Assembly (NCBI GenBank): GCA_964370575.1
Contig: CAYJJT010000001.1
Coordinates: forward strand, 1,192 to 60,988
DNA length: 59,797 nucleotides
Reading direction: 5' to 3'
Source of the DNA: an uncultured Muribaculaceae bacterium
Lineage (GTDB): Bacteria > Bacillota_I > Bacilli_A > RF39 > UBA660
A program made the position numbers and the translations under genes. Positions 1-10,328 of the stretch are shown here, piece after piece (position 1 is the stretch's first letter; every line of letters begins with the position of its first letter). The notes beneath the pieces are model-generated. The model was not told the origin of the DNA and ran no database searches. It saw only the letters and a program-made list of their open reading frames with translations.

Positions 1-355
1 CTTCTAATTCCTTGCTTTTTTTGCTAGTAATTTCAACTACAACTGTATCACCATGAATATCTCCGTTCATATTTGGTGGGGCAACAAAAACATCATCATC
101 ACCTTCAATATCAACAAATCCAAATCCTTTTTTATTTCCTATTAATCTACCAGTTCGTAAATTACTATTGTCAAAAAGCATATATTTGTTTTTATTTGTA
201 CAATAAACTTTATAAGTACTTTCCATTTCTTTTAATAATTTTAATAAGTTTTTAAGTTCATCAACACTACCGTCTAAATTTAAACTTGCTTCTATTTCCT
301 GAATTGATAATGCTCTATTCGATTCTCTAAGAATTTCTATAATTTTTTCTATCAT
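1..355 (-). CDS. rnr: Ribonuclease R, N-terminal part (CDS continues past the left edge)
   Basis: Absent from the ORF track because it has no stop in the window. Hand translation from ATG 353-355 gives MIEKIIEILRESNRALSIQEIEASLNLDGSVDELKNLLK...GRLIGNKKGFGFVDIEGDDDVFVAPPNMNGDIHGDTVVVEI. This is a winged-helix region followed by the cold-shock-like GFGFV / DVFv.pp / GD.V.V pattern typical of RNase R N-termini. Confidence 0.75.
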   Translation of the reverse strand, partial: MIEKIIEILRESNRALSIQEIEASLNLDGSVDELKNLLKLLKEMESTYKVYCTNKNKYMLFDNSNLRTGRLIGNKKGFGFVDIEGDDDVFVAPPNMNGDIHGDTVVVEITSKKSKELE

Positions 356-431
356 TTTATCACCTACTTTTATTATAGTTTATTTATAATAAAAAATATA
401 GTAATTACTTATATTTATACAAAAAAGAAGA

Positions 432-662
432 CTATTTATCTTCTTTTTCTATCATTTCACTAACTTTTACTAATAAATCATCTATATTATCTGCAATAAC
501 CGGAATATGGTTAACAATTACAAAGGGTTTAGTTCTACCAATACCACATATATTATGACATCTTATATCTATAAATGCATTACAATCAATTTGTTTTAAT
601 TTGTTTTCTAAAATTTTATAATCTACTGCTTTACATTTATGACATATCCCAAATCTATTCAT
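432..662 (-). CDS. Small Cys-rich protein, DUF1450/YuzB-like
   Basis: 76 aa with two Cys pairs (CHKC, CHNIC) and a C-terminal VNH..V.A.n.ddL tail resembling the ~80-aa DUF1450 family. No clear RBS. Confidence 0.45.
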   Translation of the reverse strand: MNRFGICHKCKAVDYKILENKLKQIDCNAFIDIRCHNICGIGRTKPFVIVNHIPVIADNIDDLLVKVSEMIEKEDK

Positions 663-664
663 AA

Positions 665-1234
665 TTAATCAACTATAATAGTTGCGATATCTCCACTTTT
701 AGCACCCATTCCATTCGCTTCATCAGTATCAATATGAAATTCTAAACTAGCTTTCTCGCTAACTTTTAAAGCTACGTCATGAAATGTTCCTGGACGATTA
801 GAATTAATTTTAACACTAACTGTTTTAACTCCTTCTAATCCCATTTCCAATTTCATTTTTTCAGTAATATGAATGTGTCTCTTTGCTATAATACAACCAC
901 TATCTTTTTTTATAGTTCCCTTTGGGCCAATAATTGTAATAGCTTCACTATTAACTAAATCACCTGAATCTCTTACTGGTGGATTTAATTTCAATTTGAC
1001 TGCATCACTTCTTGATATTTCTACTTGAGTATATTCACGAACTGGACCTATAACTCTAATGTTAGTTAAGCTACCATTTTCACTTTTTATATCTACAACT
1101 TCATTACAAGCGTATTGATCTGGTTGAAGTAAATCACGCATTTTAGTTAATTTAGCATCTTCTCCAAATAGTACTTTTAAATCTTCTAATGATAAATGAG
1201 CATGCTTATTAGATACTCCAATAACTACTTCCAT
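665..1234 (-). CDS. pduL: Phosphate propanoyltransferase / phosphotransacylase PduL
   Basis: GVSNKHAHLS, QPDQYA, GPVREYTQVEISRSDA and AKRHIHI are the duplicated PduL motifs. Start moved to ATG 1234, which follows the RBS GAGGTGA (ORF track starts at 1267). Confidence 0.85.
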   Translation of the reverse strand: MEVVIGVSNKHAHLSLEDLKVLFGEDAKLTKMRDLLQPDQYACNEVVDIKSENGSLTNIRVIGPVREYTQVEISRSDAVKLKLNPPVRDSGDLVNSEAITIIGPKGTIKKDSGCIIAKRHIHITEKMKLEMGLEGVKTVSVKINSNRPGTFHDVALKVSEKASLEFHIDTDEANGMGAKSGDIATIIVD

Positions 1235-1349
1235 TTCTTTCACCTCTGTAATATTATAGCATAACAACTAATATTTTCAATTAATTATTTACTTACTTTA
1301 CATATCATATTTTTATTTTTTTTAAATATATATTTAATGAGGTGATAAT

Positions 1350-1739
1350 ATGAATTTTAGAGATGATGTTTATCAAAACACCAATTTATTTCCAGGTACT
1401 CCAGTTTATAATAACGGAATTAATACTCCTGATCAAGGAACGTTGAATAATCTTGTTTTACCATTTGAACAATCTTATATAGAAAATATTTTAAGATTAA
1501 ATAAAGGAAAAAAAGTTGAAGTGTTTATGAGTTATACTGATTCTGCTTTATGGAGAGATAAAACATTTGAAGGTATTATAGAAGAAGCTGGTCGTGATCA
1601 TTTAATTTTAAGTGATCCTAGTGATGGTAAATGGTATTTACTACAAATGATATATTTAGACTATATTAAATTTGATGAACCTATTAATTATAATAAAGAT
1701 TTTTCTAGAAAAGATAATATAAATTATTCTAACTTTTAA
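1350..1739 (+). CDS. GerQ/YwdL-like spore coat protein family
   Basis: LPFEQSYIENILRLNKGKKVEVFM...GIIEEAGRDHLILSDPSDGKWYLLQMIYLDYIKF matches the conserved GerQ C-terminal core as I recall it. RBS GAGGTGA. Confidence 0.55.
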   Translation: MNFRDDVYQNTNLFPGTPVYNNGINTPDQGTLNNLVLPFEQSYIENILRLNKGKKVEVFMSYTDSALWRDKTFEGIIEEAGRDHLILSDPSDGKWYLLQMIYLDYIKFDEPINYNKDFSRKDNINYSNF

Positions 1740-1785
1740 TTGTAACTTTATATAAACTTTGTTATAATTAAAACAAGGTGATAAT

Positions 1786-2331
1786 ATGAGTATTATAATA
1801 ATATTATTTATATGTTTAATATTAATTAGTGTAGTTGCATTATGGTTAACAATAACATATAATAACATTCAACACTATATAATAAGATTAAATGAAGTTG
1901 AAGCTAACATTGATAGAGTTTTAAGAAAACGTTTTGATTTATTAAATAAATCTATTGGTATTATTAAAACAAACACAGAAACTGAAGATGATGTATTAGT
2001 TAATGTTGTGAAATTAAGAAGTAGAAAATTATCTAATTTCGAATTAGATCGTGAAATTTATTTAGCAATTAACGAATTTGAAAGTTTTAGTGAAAAATTT
2101 CCAGTTCTTAAAACATGTGAATCATATTTGAAAATTGTAAATGGAATTAATGAAACAGAAATAGAAATATATGCTTTACGTGGATATTATAACGATATTG
2201 TAACATTATTTAATAAATCAGTTAGATCATTTCCATCAAATTTAATTGCACATGCTTCTAAATTAAAAGAAAAAGCTTATTTTGATGGTAAAGATATGTA
2301 TGATGAAGTAATAAATGATTTTAAATTATAA
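1786..2331 (+). CDS. LemA family membrane protein
   Basis: N-terminal TM followed by YNN...L.EVEANIDRVLRKRFDLL, the LemA architecture. RBS AGGTGA. Confidence 0.8.
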   Translation: MSIIIILFICLILISVVALWLTITYNNIQHYIIRLNEVEANIDRVLRKRFDLLNKSIGIIKTNTETEDDVLVNVVKLRSRKLSNFELDREIYLAINEFESFSEKFPVLKTCESYLKIVNGINETEIEIYALRGYYNDIVTLFNKSVRSFPSNLIAHASKLKEKAYFDGKDMYDEVINDFKL

Positions 2332-2340
2332 AAAAACATT

Positions 2341-2979
2341 CTAGTGAATGTTTTTTTGTATATTATTTTTATAATATTTACAAATATCATTTAACTGACA
2401 CGATTGACAATTTGGATTTTTTGCTTTGCAATAATATCTTCCAAATAATAATATTTGGTGATGCATTTTATTTAATTTATGTGCTGGTATAATTTTAGAA
2501 AGTTTTCTCTCTACTTGTTCAACTGTAGAATTAATTCTGACTAAATTTAATCTTTTTGAAACTCGTTCAACATGTGTATCAACTGCAATACAAGGAACAT
2601 TATATATTTCACTCAATACTACATTACAAGTTTTTCTTCCTACTCCAGGTAAAGACTCTATAAATAGTCGATCATTTGGTACATATCCAATACTTTCAAT
2701 TTCTTTTGCGATTGCGATTGTATATTCAGATTTTCTTCTAAAAGTACCTATAGTTTTAATTATATTACTAATATCATTAATATTAGCAGAAGCAAGTTCA
2801 CTGATTGTTTTATATTTCTCAAATAATACTTTGGTTACTAAATTTACTCTTTTATCAGTAGTTTGTGCGGATAACATTACCGCAATTAATAATTGAAAAT
2901 CAGTAGCATAGTTTAATTCACATTTTGGATTAGGTATTAATTCATCAAAATAAGTATATATTTTATCATTCATTATCAT
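2341..2979 (-). CDS. nth: Endonuclease III
   Basis: HhH-GPD motif (LPGVGRKTCNVVL, VDTHV) and a C-terminal 4Fe-4S cluster loop, CKAKNPNCQSCQLNDIC. Conserved dnaD-nth adjacency. Confidence 0.9.
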   Translation of the reverse strand: MIMNDKIYTYFDELIPNPKCELNYATDFQLLIAVMLSAQTTDKRVNLVTKVLFEKYKTISELASANINDISNIIKTIGTFRRKSEYTIAIAKEIESIGYVPNDRLFIESLPGVGRKTCNVVLSEIYNVPCIAVDTHVERVSKRLNLVRINSTVEQVERKLSKIIPAHKLNKMHHQILLFGRYYCKAKNPNCQSCQLNDICKYYKNNIQKNIH

Positions 2980-3601
2980 TTAACCAGTCATATTCATATA
3001 AAGTTTCTTTTGAAACATCATTACCCTTATATACATTCTGTTTTTTTATATCTTTAACAGTTTTATAACCTTTTTTCTTCCATTCATATAATATTTTATC
3101 TATATATCTTAAATTACTAACACCATTATAAGTAGCTTCTTTTAAAGCTTCAATAATCAATTCATCAGTATATTTATTTTCTTTCCAACCACCAATAATT
3201 TCATATTCCATCGGAGATAAAGTTCTTCCAAACTCTTCTTCAAAAATAGTAAATAAGTTAGTAACATCAGGATTTTCTTCTTTTTCATTAACTATTAAAA
3301 AAGCTAATTTATTATATAATCCTTCAAAACTAAATTGCTCTTCTCTAATACCATTATTTACAGTTGTAATTATTTTTAAAATATCTTTACTTTCTAAACT
3401 AGAAATATACGTGAAAGTAGTAGTTAAATCTAATTTTAAATCAGAACTAATTTGTTTTGGATCTAATACATTATTATTTAATAAATATATTAATAATATA
3501 AATTCTTCATCTGTCATTAGCAAATCTTTATATGATGTCATTAATACTTTTGGAATTGATACTACATTATCTTTTAATAATTTAATTACTTTTTCTAACA
3601 T
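2966..3601 (-). CDS. dnaD: DnaD domain replication initiation protein
   Basis: C-terminal DnaD/DnaB_2 domain (FEEEFGRTLSPMEYEIIGGW...YIDKILYEWKKKG). Lies upstream of nth as in Bacillus, overlapping it by 14 nt. Confidence 0.75.
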   Translation of the reverse strand: MLEKVIKLLKDNVVSIPKVLMTSYKDLLMTDEEFILLIYLLNNNVLDPKQISSDLKLDLTTTFTYISSLESKDILKIITTVNNGIREEQFSFEGLYNKLAFLIVNEKEENPDVTNLFTIFEEEFGRTLSPMEYEIIGGWKENKYTDELIIEALKEATYNGVSNLRYIDKILYEWKKKGYKTVKDIKKQNVYKGNDVSKETLYEYDWLNDNE

Positions 3602-3619
3602 ACTTTCACCTCTTTTTTA

Positions 3620-4279
3620 TTATACCATATAGTCTATAATTTCACACTCTTTTAAAAGCTTATATCCATAATCTTTATGGATACTATTATTAATTTTATT
3701 TAACTCAAATTTAACTTTATTTAAGGGTATAAATTTAATTAACTCTTTATTTATTTTTATAGTATCAATTATTTCTTTATCTAGTTTAAAATTTAAAATA
3801 GTTGCGAATCTTATAGCTCTAAGCATTCTAAGACTATCTTCAATTAACTTTATTTTGGGATCTCCTATACATCTTATAATTTTATTATTTAAATCATCAA
3901 TTGAGTTTATAAAATCAACATAATTATTATTCAAATCTATGCATAGAGCATTGATAGTAAAATCTCTTCTAATAATATCTTCTTCTATATTATCAACTAA
4001 TTCAATATCTTTAGGATATCTATGTTTAATATATTCTTTTTCTTTTCTAAAAAGAGTTATTTCAAATTTATAACTTTTATATTCTATTAAATAAGAGTAA
4101 AAATTTTTTTTCAATATATTAAAGTTATTGACAAGTACTTCTTCATTTATATTACTACATATATCAATATCATCTGTACTTATATTTAAATATCTATCCC
4201 TAGGATATCCACCAATTATATAACTTTGAAATCCTAGTTTATCAATTTTATTTAATATTTCTAACGCTACATCTATCAT
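3620..4279 (-). CDS. Short tRNA nucleotidyltransferase / poly(A) polymerase family protein (head and neck only)
   Basis: GGYPRDRYL, DIDI, RRDFTINAL and EDSLRMLRAIRF motifs. Start set at ATG 4279 after the RBS GGAGA. Only ~219 aa. Confidence 0.7.
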   Translation of the reverse strand: MIDVALEILNKIDKLGFQSYIIGGYPRDRYLNISTDDIDICSNINEEVLVNNFNILKKNFYSYLIEYKSYKFEITLFRKEKEYIKHRYPKDIELVDNIEEDIIRRDFTINALCIDLNNNYVDFINSIDDLNNKIIRCIGDPKIKLIEDSLRMLRAIRFATILNFKLDKEIIDTIKINKELIKFIPLNKVKFELNKINNSIHKDYGYKLLKECEIIDYMV

Positions 4280-4339
4280 ATATTCTCCTGTATAAAATAA
4301 AAGATTATTGTATTTCAATAATCTTTTAGTCTTTAATAA

Positions 4340-4612
4340 TTAGTTTAAAGCTTCTTTTAATTTAGAACCAGCTTTAATAGTTACAGCTGTTCTTGCTGGA
4401 ATTTCAATATTTTCTCCAGTTCTTGGGTTACGTCCCATTTTAGCTTCTTTTTCAACTGCTGCGAAAGTACAGAATCCAGTTAAAGTTACTTTTTTATTTT
4501 CTTTTAATCCTTTTACAATTCCACTCATCATTGCTTCTAAAGCACGTGATGCATCTGCCTTAGTTAATCCTGTTTCTTCAGCGATTGCATCTATTAACAT
4601 TGTTTTTGTCAT
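4340..4612 (-). CDS. hup: DNA-binding protein HU
   Basis: 90 aa, with MTKTMLIDAIAEETGLTKADA...GRNPRTGENIEIPA, the canonical HU sequence. Confidence 0.95.
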   Translation of the reverse strand: MTKTMLIDAIAEETGLTKADASRALEAMMSGIVKGLKENKKVTLTGFCTFAAVEKEAKMGRNPRTGENIEIPARTAVTIKAGSKLKEALN

Positions 4613-4748
4613 ATAAAATAACCTCCTATAAATTAAGCTCTATGCTTACAATCTAAGAATACCACTAATTTATATATTTGGCAATATTTTTTTAATTTTT
4701 TTATGATATTTGTACTACTTTTCCCTTTATTTACAATAAAAAAGAAGA

Positions 4749-5192
4749 TTATTCCTCTTCTTCTTCATCATCAGATATTATAGATAAACCCGCTAAATCA
4801 TCTTCAATATCATCCTCTAATTCATCTTCTAAATTCATACTTAAATCGTCCAACTCTTCTGAATCAATTTCTTCTTCTTCTGAATCATCATCTTCTTCTA
4901 ACTCTTCTTCAATCAATTCATCTTCTTCAATAATTAATTCTGCAGCATGACGGTCACGAATATCCCACTCGTTACTATCTAATAATACAAATCTTTTATC
5001 TAGGGTTAAAGATGTATAAAAATCTCCAATTTTATCCATGTATTGATTTTCACTATACTCTAACAAATCTGCAATAGTTTTAAATATACCTGGTGTATTT
5101 ATTGATTTTTTTTCTTCTACTAATAATTTATACGCTAAATCAGTATAAGATAATAATTCTATTTCTTCTTTACTCATATTTTTTAAACTCAT
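4749..5192 (-). CDS. rpoE: DNA-directed RNA polymerase subunit delta
   Basis: N-terminal HARE-HTH-like domain (LSYTDLAYKLL) plus a long Asp/Glu tail. Start moved to the ATG 9 nt after AGGAG. Confidence 0.85.
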   Translation of the reverse strand: MSLKNMSKEEIELLSYTDLAYKLLVEEKKSINTPGIFKTIADLLEYSENQYMDKIGDFYTSLTLDKRFVLLDSNEWDIRDRHAAELIIEEDELIEEELEEDDDSEEEEIDSEELDDLSMNLEDELEDDIEDDLAGLSIISDDEEEEE

Positions 5193-5204
5193 ATAATCCA
5201 TCTC

Positions 5205-6824
5205 CTACATTTCTTCTAATGCTTCTACTCCAATTAAATTTAATGCATTTTTAATTGTCATTGCAGTAGCATAAATTAAATTTACTCTTTCATTTGTACT
5301 TACTGTATCTTCAGTTAGTACTTTTTCATGGGCATAAAAGGCATGAAATAATGTCGCTAAATCATAAACATAATTTGTAATGATATGAGGACTCTTTTTC
5401 AAAGCACTATTCCCTACAGTATATGAAAATTCATATATTTTTGATAATAGTTTTTTACTATATTCACTAGTAAGTGTTTCGTATTTATCTAAAACTTTTA
5501 TCTCATTTTTGTAATTAGCTAATATTGAATGAATTCTAGCATGGGCATAATTTATATAAAATACAGGATTTTCATTTGTATTTTTACACGCTAAATCTAA
5601 ATCAAAGTCTAATTGTGTATCTAAGCTTCTAGATGAAAAGAAATATCTTGTTGCATCTAATCCAACTTCTTCTACTAATTCCATAATTGTTACTGCATTA
5701 CCAGTACGCTTACTCATTTTAACTTCTTCTCCATTACGAACTAATCTTACCATTTGAAGAATTTCTACATCTAATTTATCACTATCATATCCAAGCATAT
5801 TAATACTTGCTTTTAATCTAGGAATATATCCATGATGATCAGCTCCAAATACATTAATTAATTCGTCATATCCACGGCTAAATTTTAAACCATGATAAGC
5901 TATATCTGGTACTAAGTAAGTATATGATTTATCTTTTTTAACAAGTACTCTATCTTTCTCATCTCCATATAAAGTCGTTTTTAAATAAACAGCGTCATCT
6001 TGTTCATATGTATATCCTTCAGTAATAAGTTTATCTAAAGTTTCTTTTACTAGACCACTATCATATAAAGATTGTTCACTACTCCATAAATCAAAATTAG
6101 CACGATAGTTATGTAAATCTTCTTTTATTTGATTTAATAAATAATCTAACCCTTTTTTTCTAAAAACTTTAGAATCTGTAACTTCATTACCTAATTCATC
6201 CTTAATTGTTTTAGCAACAGCAATAATTTCTTTCCCATGGTATCCACCTTCAGGCATATCCTCTAATCTTCCACATAATCCTTCATAACGTGCCTTAATA
6301 GAATTTTCTAAATTACCTATCTGATTACCAGCATCATTTATATAGTATTCACGTGTCACATCAAATCCAGCAAATTTTAAAACTCTTGCCAAACTATCTC
6401 CATAGCTTGCTCCTCTTGCATGACCTAAATGTAATATACCAGTCGGATTAGCACTTACATATTCTATATTTATTTTTTTGTTATTTCCTATATTAATTTT
6501 TCCATAATTTTCTTTTAATTCTATTACTTTATTGATATTATCATATAAATAATCGTTAGTAACATAAAAATTTATAAACCCTGCTCCAGCAATTTCTACT
6601 TTACTAATATGTTTAGAATTTAATTCATTTATTTTCGCTACTATTTCAGAAGCAATATTTCTAGGATTCTTTTTTAAAGTACGCGCAAGTTGCATCGCTA
6701 CATTAGTTGAATAGTCTCCGTATGTAGTATCTTTGGGAATTTCTATAGCTATTTGTTCGATTGTAATTTCTGTATTAGTTTCTGCTAGGACATTATAAAT
6801 TATTTCTTTTAATAATTCTCTCAT
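5205..6824 (-). CDS. argS: Arginine--tRNA ligase
   Basis: Class I HIGH-type motif (SANPTGILHLGHARG) and MSKRTG (KMSKS), with the arginyl-type N- and C-terminal domains. Confidence 0.97.
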   Translation of the reverse strand: MRELLKEIIYNVLAETNTEITIEQIAIEIPKDTTYGDYSTNVAMQLARTLKKNPRNIASEIVAKINELNSKHISKVEIAGAGFINFYVTNDYLYDNINKVIELKENYGKINIGNNKKINIEYVSANPTGILHLGHARGASYGDSLARVLKFAGFDVTREYYINDAGNQIGNLENSIKARYEGLCGRLEDMPEGGYHGKEIIAVAKTIKDELGNEVTDSKVFRKKGLDYLLNQIKEDLHNYRANFDLWSSEQSLYDSGLVKETLDKLITEGYTYEQDDAVYLKTTLYGDEKDRVLVKKDKSYTYLVPDIAYHGLKFSRGYDELINVFGADHHGYIPRLKASINMLGYDSDKLDVEILQMVRLVRNGEEVKMSKRTGNAVTIMELVEEVGLDATRYFFSSRSLDTQLDFDLDLACKNTNENPVFYINYAHARIHSILANYKNEIKVLDKYETLTSEYSKKLLSKIYEFSYTVGNSALKKSPHIITNYVYDLATLFHAFYAHEKVLTEDTVSTNERVNLIYATAMTIKNALNLIGVEALEEM

Positions 6825-7189
6825 TCTATCACCTCATAATTTAAATTATATTTATATAATTCACTACTATCTTGATCTATTATTTCATATTCAATATTTA
6901 TATTTTCATCAGTATTGATAATACTTTTTGTATAAGTATTTAATATTATTTTTTTATTTACACTTTTAAGTAAATATGTCGATTCAGTTTTTAATCCTGG
7001 TTTTAATATTAATTCAATAAAATAATCATCATTTTCTCTTGTCAAAGTTATAAAATCATCCGACCTTATTACAACTTTAACTTTATTATCATAATAAATA
7101 ATTCTATTTTCTTTTAACTGACCAGTACACACTATTTCGTGCATTTGATTATCATTTATTAACTTTGAAATTATTTTAATTTTTTTCAT
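6821..7189 (-). CDS. DUF1934 (YwiB-like) protein
   Basis: 122-aa beta-rich protein whose stop overlaps the argS start (ATGA). This is the position ywiB occupies in Bacillus. Confidence 0.55.
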   Translation of the reverse strand: MKKIKIISKLINDNQMHEIVCTGQLKENRIIYYDNKVKVVIRSDDFITLTRENDDYFIELILKPGLKTESTYLLKSVNKKIILNTYTKSIINTDENINIEYEIIDQDSSELYKYNLNYEVIE

Positions 7190-7302
7190 AACAAATTATT
7201 CCTTTTTCGCTAGTAATTATAGCATACTTTTTTAAAAATTGCACTCATATTTTTAACTTTTTTTCTAATACTATATATAGTACTTATTTATACGGAGGAA
7301 AT

Positions 7303-9261
7303 ATGAAAAAAAGACGAAAATATTTCAAAATCATTGTTATAATTATTTTAATCCCTATTCTAATATATTTTTCTTTATATTTAGCAGCTAAAATGATGCC
7401 TAAACTACCGATTGATAGTGCTAATAGCTACTATTTTTATGATTTAAATGATGAGTTAATAGAAAATTCATCAAGTAAAGAATGGGTAGAATTAGATGAT
7501 ATTTCAGAACATTTAATTAATGCGACAATTGCGATTGAAGATAAAAATTTTTACAATCATATGGGATTTGATTATTTGAGAATAGTATCAGCTTTAGTTA
7601 ATAACATAACTAGTGAGAACATTGAAGGAGCAAGTACTATTACTCAACAATATGCGAAAAATTTATACTTGGATTTTGATCAAACTTGGAAAAGAAAAAT
7701 AGATGAAGCATGGTTAACTATAAGATTAGAGTCTCATTATTCTAAGGACGAATTATTAGAAGGTTACTTAAATACTATCAATTATGGTGGAATTTTTGGA
7801 ATTGAAGCAGCAAGTGATTATTACTTTAATAAAAAACCTAGTGAATTGACTCTAAGTGAAGCAACTATTATGGCTGGAATACCTGCTAATCCTTCTTATT
7901 ATTCACCAATTAGTAATTTAGAAAATGCGCAATATCGTCAAACTTTAATTTTAAATGCTATGGTACGTGAAGATTATATTACAGAAAGTGAAAAAAATAA
8001 TGCTTTAAAAACTGAATTAGTGTTTACTAGTTCGGATGAACAAGATAACTTAAAGATGCTTAAATATTATGAAGATGCTGTTATAAATGAGTTACAAAGT
8101 ATATCAACTATTCCTTCTTCCTTTTTAGCTACAGGAGGATTAAAAATATACACTACATTAGATTTAAATATTCAAAGAGAATTAGAAAATAATATTGATA
8201 CTTATTTAGCTGATGATGAAAATTTGCAAGTAGCTAGTATTATAATGGATCCAGAGGATGGAGCTGTTTTAGCACTGACAGGCGGACGTGATTACTCTGT
8301 TAGTCAATTTAATAGAGCCATTAATTCAGAGCGACAAGTCGGTTCAACGATAAAACCTTTTTTATATTATAGTGCTTTAGAAAATGGTTTTACTGCTTCA
8401 TCTACATTCATAAGTGAAAAAACTACTTTTACTTTTTCAGAAAATAAAACTTATAGTCCTGAAAACTATAATAATACTTACCCAGATAGACCAATTAGTA
8501 TGGCTACTGCATTAGCATATTCAGATAATATTTTTGCAGTTAAAACGCACTTGTTTTTAGGAGAAAATAGTTTACTTGAAACAGCGAATAGAGTTGGAAT
8601 AGAAGCTGATTTAGAAGCGTTACCTGCTACTGCTTTAGGTACTACTTCAATAAATATTATGGATATGATGCGAGGTTATGCTACATTTGCTAATGAAGGA
8701 TATAAAATTAACCCGTATTTTATTAGAAAAGTAGAAGATAGTGATGGGAATGTTTTATATGAAAATAAAATTGAAAAAGAAAATGTATTAAATAAAAGTT
8801 ATGTATATGTATTAAATGAAATGTTAAGTAATTCTTATGCTGAAGAATTTATAGATTATAATTATCCTACTGCATACAATATTGCTCCTAAAATAACTAA
8901 TAAATATGCAATTAAAACTGGTACTACAAATAGTGATCATTTAATTTTCGGATATAATAGTAATATATTAATGGGAGTATGGGCTGGGTATGATGATAAT
9001 AGTGATAGTGATGTTAAAGATGGTAATAGTATTAAAAATATATGGGTAGATACTGTAGAAACATACTTATCTGATTTAGATTATGAAAGTTGGTACGATA
9101 TACCGAGTAATGTAGTTGGAGTCATGGTAGATCCTATAACAGGGGAAATTCCACTCGATCCCAACGCTGAAACAACAATGTTTTATTACGTAAAAGGTAC
9201 AGAGCCAGTAAAAGAAGAAACTCCACTTGATGATCTAATTCCAACCATAAAAACACAATAA
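7303..9261 (+). CDS. Class A penicillin-binding protein (glycosyltransferase + transpeptidase)
   Basis: N-terminal TM; GT51 motifs (IAIEDKNFYNH, GASTITQQYAKN, RKIDEA); transpeptidase motifs STIKP, SDN and KTGT. Confidence 0.9.
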   Translation: MKKRRKYFKIIVIIILIPILIYFSLYLAAKMMPKLPIDSANSYYFYDLNDELIENSSSKEWVELDDISEHLINATIAIEDKNFYNHMGFDYLRIVSALVNNITSENIEGASTITQQYAKNLYLDFDQTWKRKIDEAWLTIRLESHYSKDELLEGYLNTINYGGIFGIEAASDYYFNKKPSELTLSEATIMAGIPANPSYYSPISNLENAQYRQTLILNAMVREDYITESEKNNALKTELVFTSSDEQDNLKMLKYYEDAVINELQSISTIPSSFLATGGLKIYTTLDLNIQRELENNIDTYLADDENLQVASIIMDPEDGAVLALTGGRDYSVSQFNRAINSERQVGSTIKPFLYYSALENGFTASSTFISEKTTFTFSENKTYSPENYNNTYPDRPISMATALAYSDNIFAVKTHLFLGENSLLETANRVGIEADLEALPATALGTTSINIMDMMRGYATFANEGYKINPYFIRKVEDSDGNVLYENKIEKENVLNKSYVYVLNEMLSNSYAEEFIDYNYPTAYNIAPKITNKYAIKTGTTNSDHLIFGYNSNILMGVWAGYDDNSDSDVKDGNSIKNIWVDTVETYLSDLDYESWYDIPSNVVGVMVDPITGEIPLDPNAETTMFYYVKGTEPVKEETPLDDLIPTIKTQ

Positions 9262-9419
9262 AAAATATTCACTTGAATATTTTTTTATTTTCATACAATT
9301 TATATTCACTAGATAAATAAATAACTATGCTAAGTAAATATTTATTAGTACCTGCAATTTTAAGAGCTTCAATCAAACTATTAGATCTTACAATAAGTAA
9401 AAATTTAAGATATATTTCT

Positions 9420-10190
9420 CTATTCTCTGAGTTTAATAATTTCATCAATACTTAAATTAGTAGTTTTCATAATAAGTTCTAAAGGGACATCTTTTTTTAA
9501 TAAATATACTGCGATTTCATAACTACTTTTACCTTTCATATCGTTTAATAACTCTACTAATAACTCTTTTGTTTCTAACGCTCTTTCTTCTTTTAATATA
9601 ATATTAGACATATAATGCCAGTCATATATATATTTTTCCATAATTTTATTACCTAGTGTTAAATAATTAGTATCAATAACTGTATCTAAAGAAAATAGTA
9701 ATATCCATCTTTTAAAATTAGTTAATTCATTTATACTATTATATTCTTTCATTAAATTATTAACATTAATTATATCTATTTTAATTTTATGATCATTATA
9801 AATATCTTTATTAGTTATAATATGTCTTTTAATACTATCCTCATGATCAATATCATCTTCAAAATTAATTATTAACTGATTAATTCTTATTTCTCCGTCA
9901 TTTTTAAAACAATACTGTATAAAATTCATAAATGAAAAATCAAAAAAGTTATTAAGACCTTTTTCTACACTGAATTTAAGTTCATAATAATACTTTATTT
10001 TACCAACATTAAATGTAAAATGAATTCTGTCATTAAGTAATTCGTCTACCTTTAACATAGTAATATCTTCAATTTCTAATTCTAAATAACTACTTATAAA
10101 TTCTCTAATATAATCTTTTTTGAAATCATTATCAACATATAGATATTTTTGTACTTTTTCATTAAATATAGGAACTAGTTTTTTATTCAT
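9420..10190 (-). CDS. Rpn/YhgA-like PD-(D/E)XK nuclease family protein (putative)
   Basis: D-x15-ELK (NDRIHFTFNVGKIKYYYELKF) resembles the lDv...G..i.iEiQ core. The C-terminal ...EIAVYLLKKDVPLELIMKTTNLSIDEIIKLRE tail is typical of TIGR01784-type proteins. Start moved to ATG 10190 after GGGAGG. Confidence 0.5.
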   Translation of the reverse strand: MNKKLVPIFNEKVQKYLYVDNDFKKDYIREFISSYLELEIEDITMLKVDELLNDRIHFTFNVGKIKYYYELKFSVEKGLNNFFDFSFMNFIQYCFKNDGEIRINQLIINFEDDIDHEDSIKRHIITNKDIYNDHKIKIDIINVNNLMKEYNSINELTNFKRWILLFSLDTVIDTNYLTLGNKIMEKYIYDWHYMSNIILKEERALETKELLVELLNDMKGKSSYEIAVYLLKKDVPLELIMKTTNLSIDEIIKLRE

Positions 10191-10328
10191 ATTTTCCTCC
10201 CAATAAATTTTTATCATATTTTTCTTTAATATAAAAAATACTAATTTTTTATATTTGATATTATATCTATTATTTTAACCAAAAAAAGACTAGATTATTC
10301 TAGTCTTTTTGTAATATTAAACACAAAT

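Noticed and set aside
73-255. A 60-aa plus-strand ORF at the left edge.
   Set aside because: It is antisense to the clearly recognisable RNase R N-terminal coding region, and its translation is low-complexity.
4749-4900. GAA/GAT-rich low-complexity repeat.
   Set aside because: It is the normal polyacidic C-terminal tail of RNA polymerase delta subunit.
7190-7302. T-box leaders upstream of ywiB-argS, and upstream of gltX at 12709-12818.
   Set aside because: No GGTGGTACCGCG-like T-box sequence and no AGAGA or distal-loop elements are present. The regions are short and contain only promoters and terminators.
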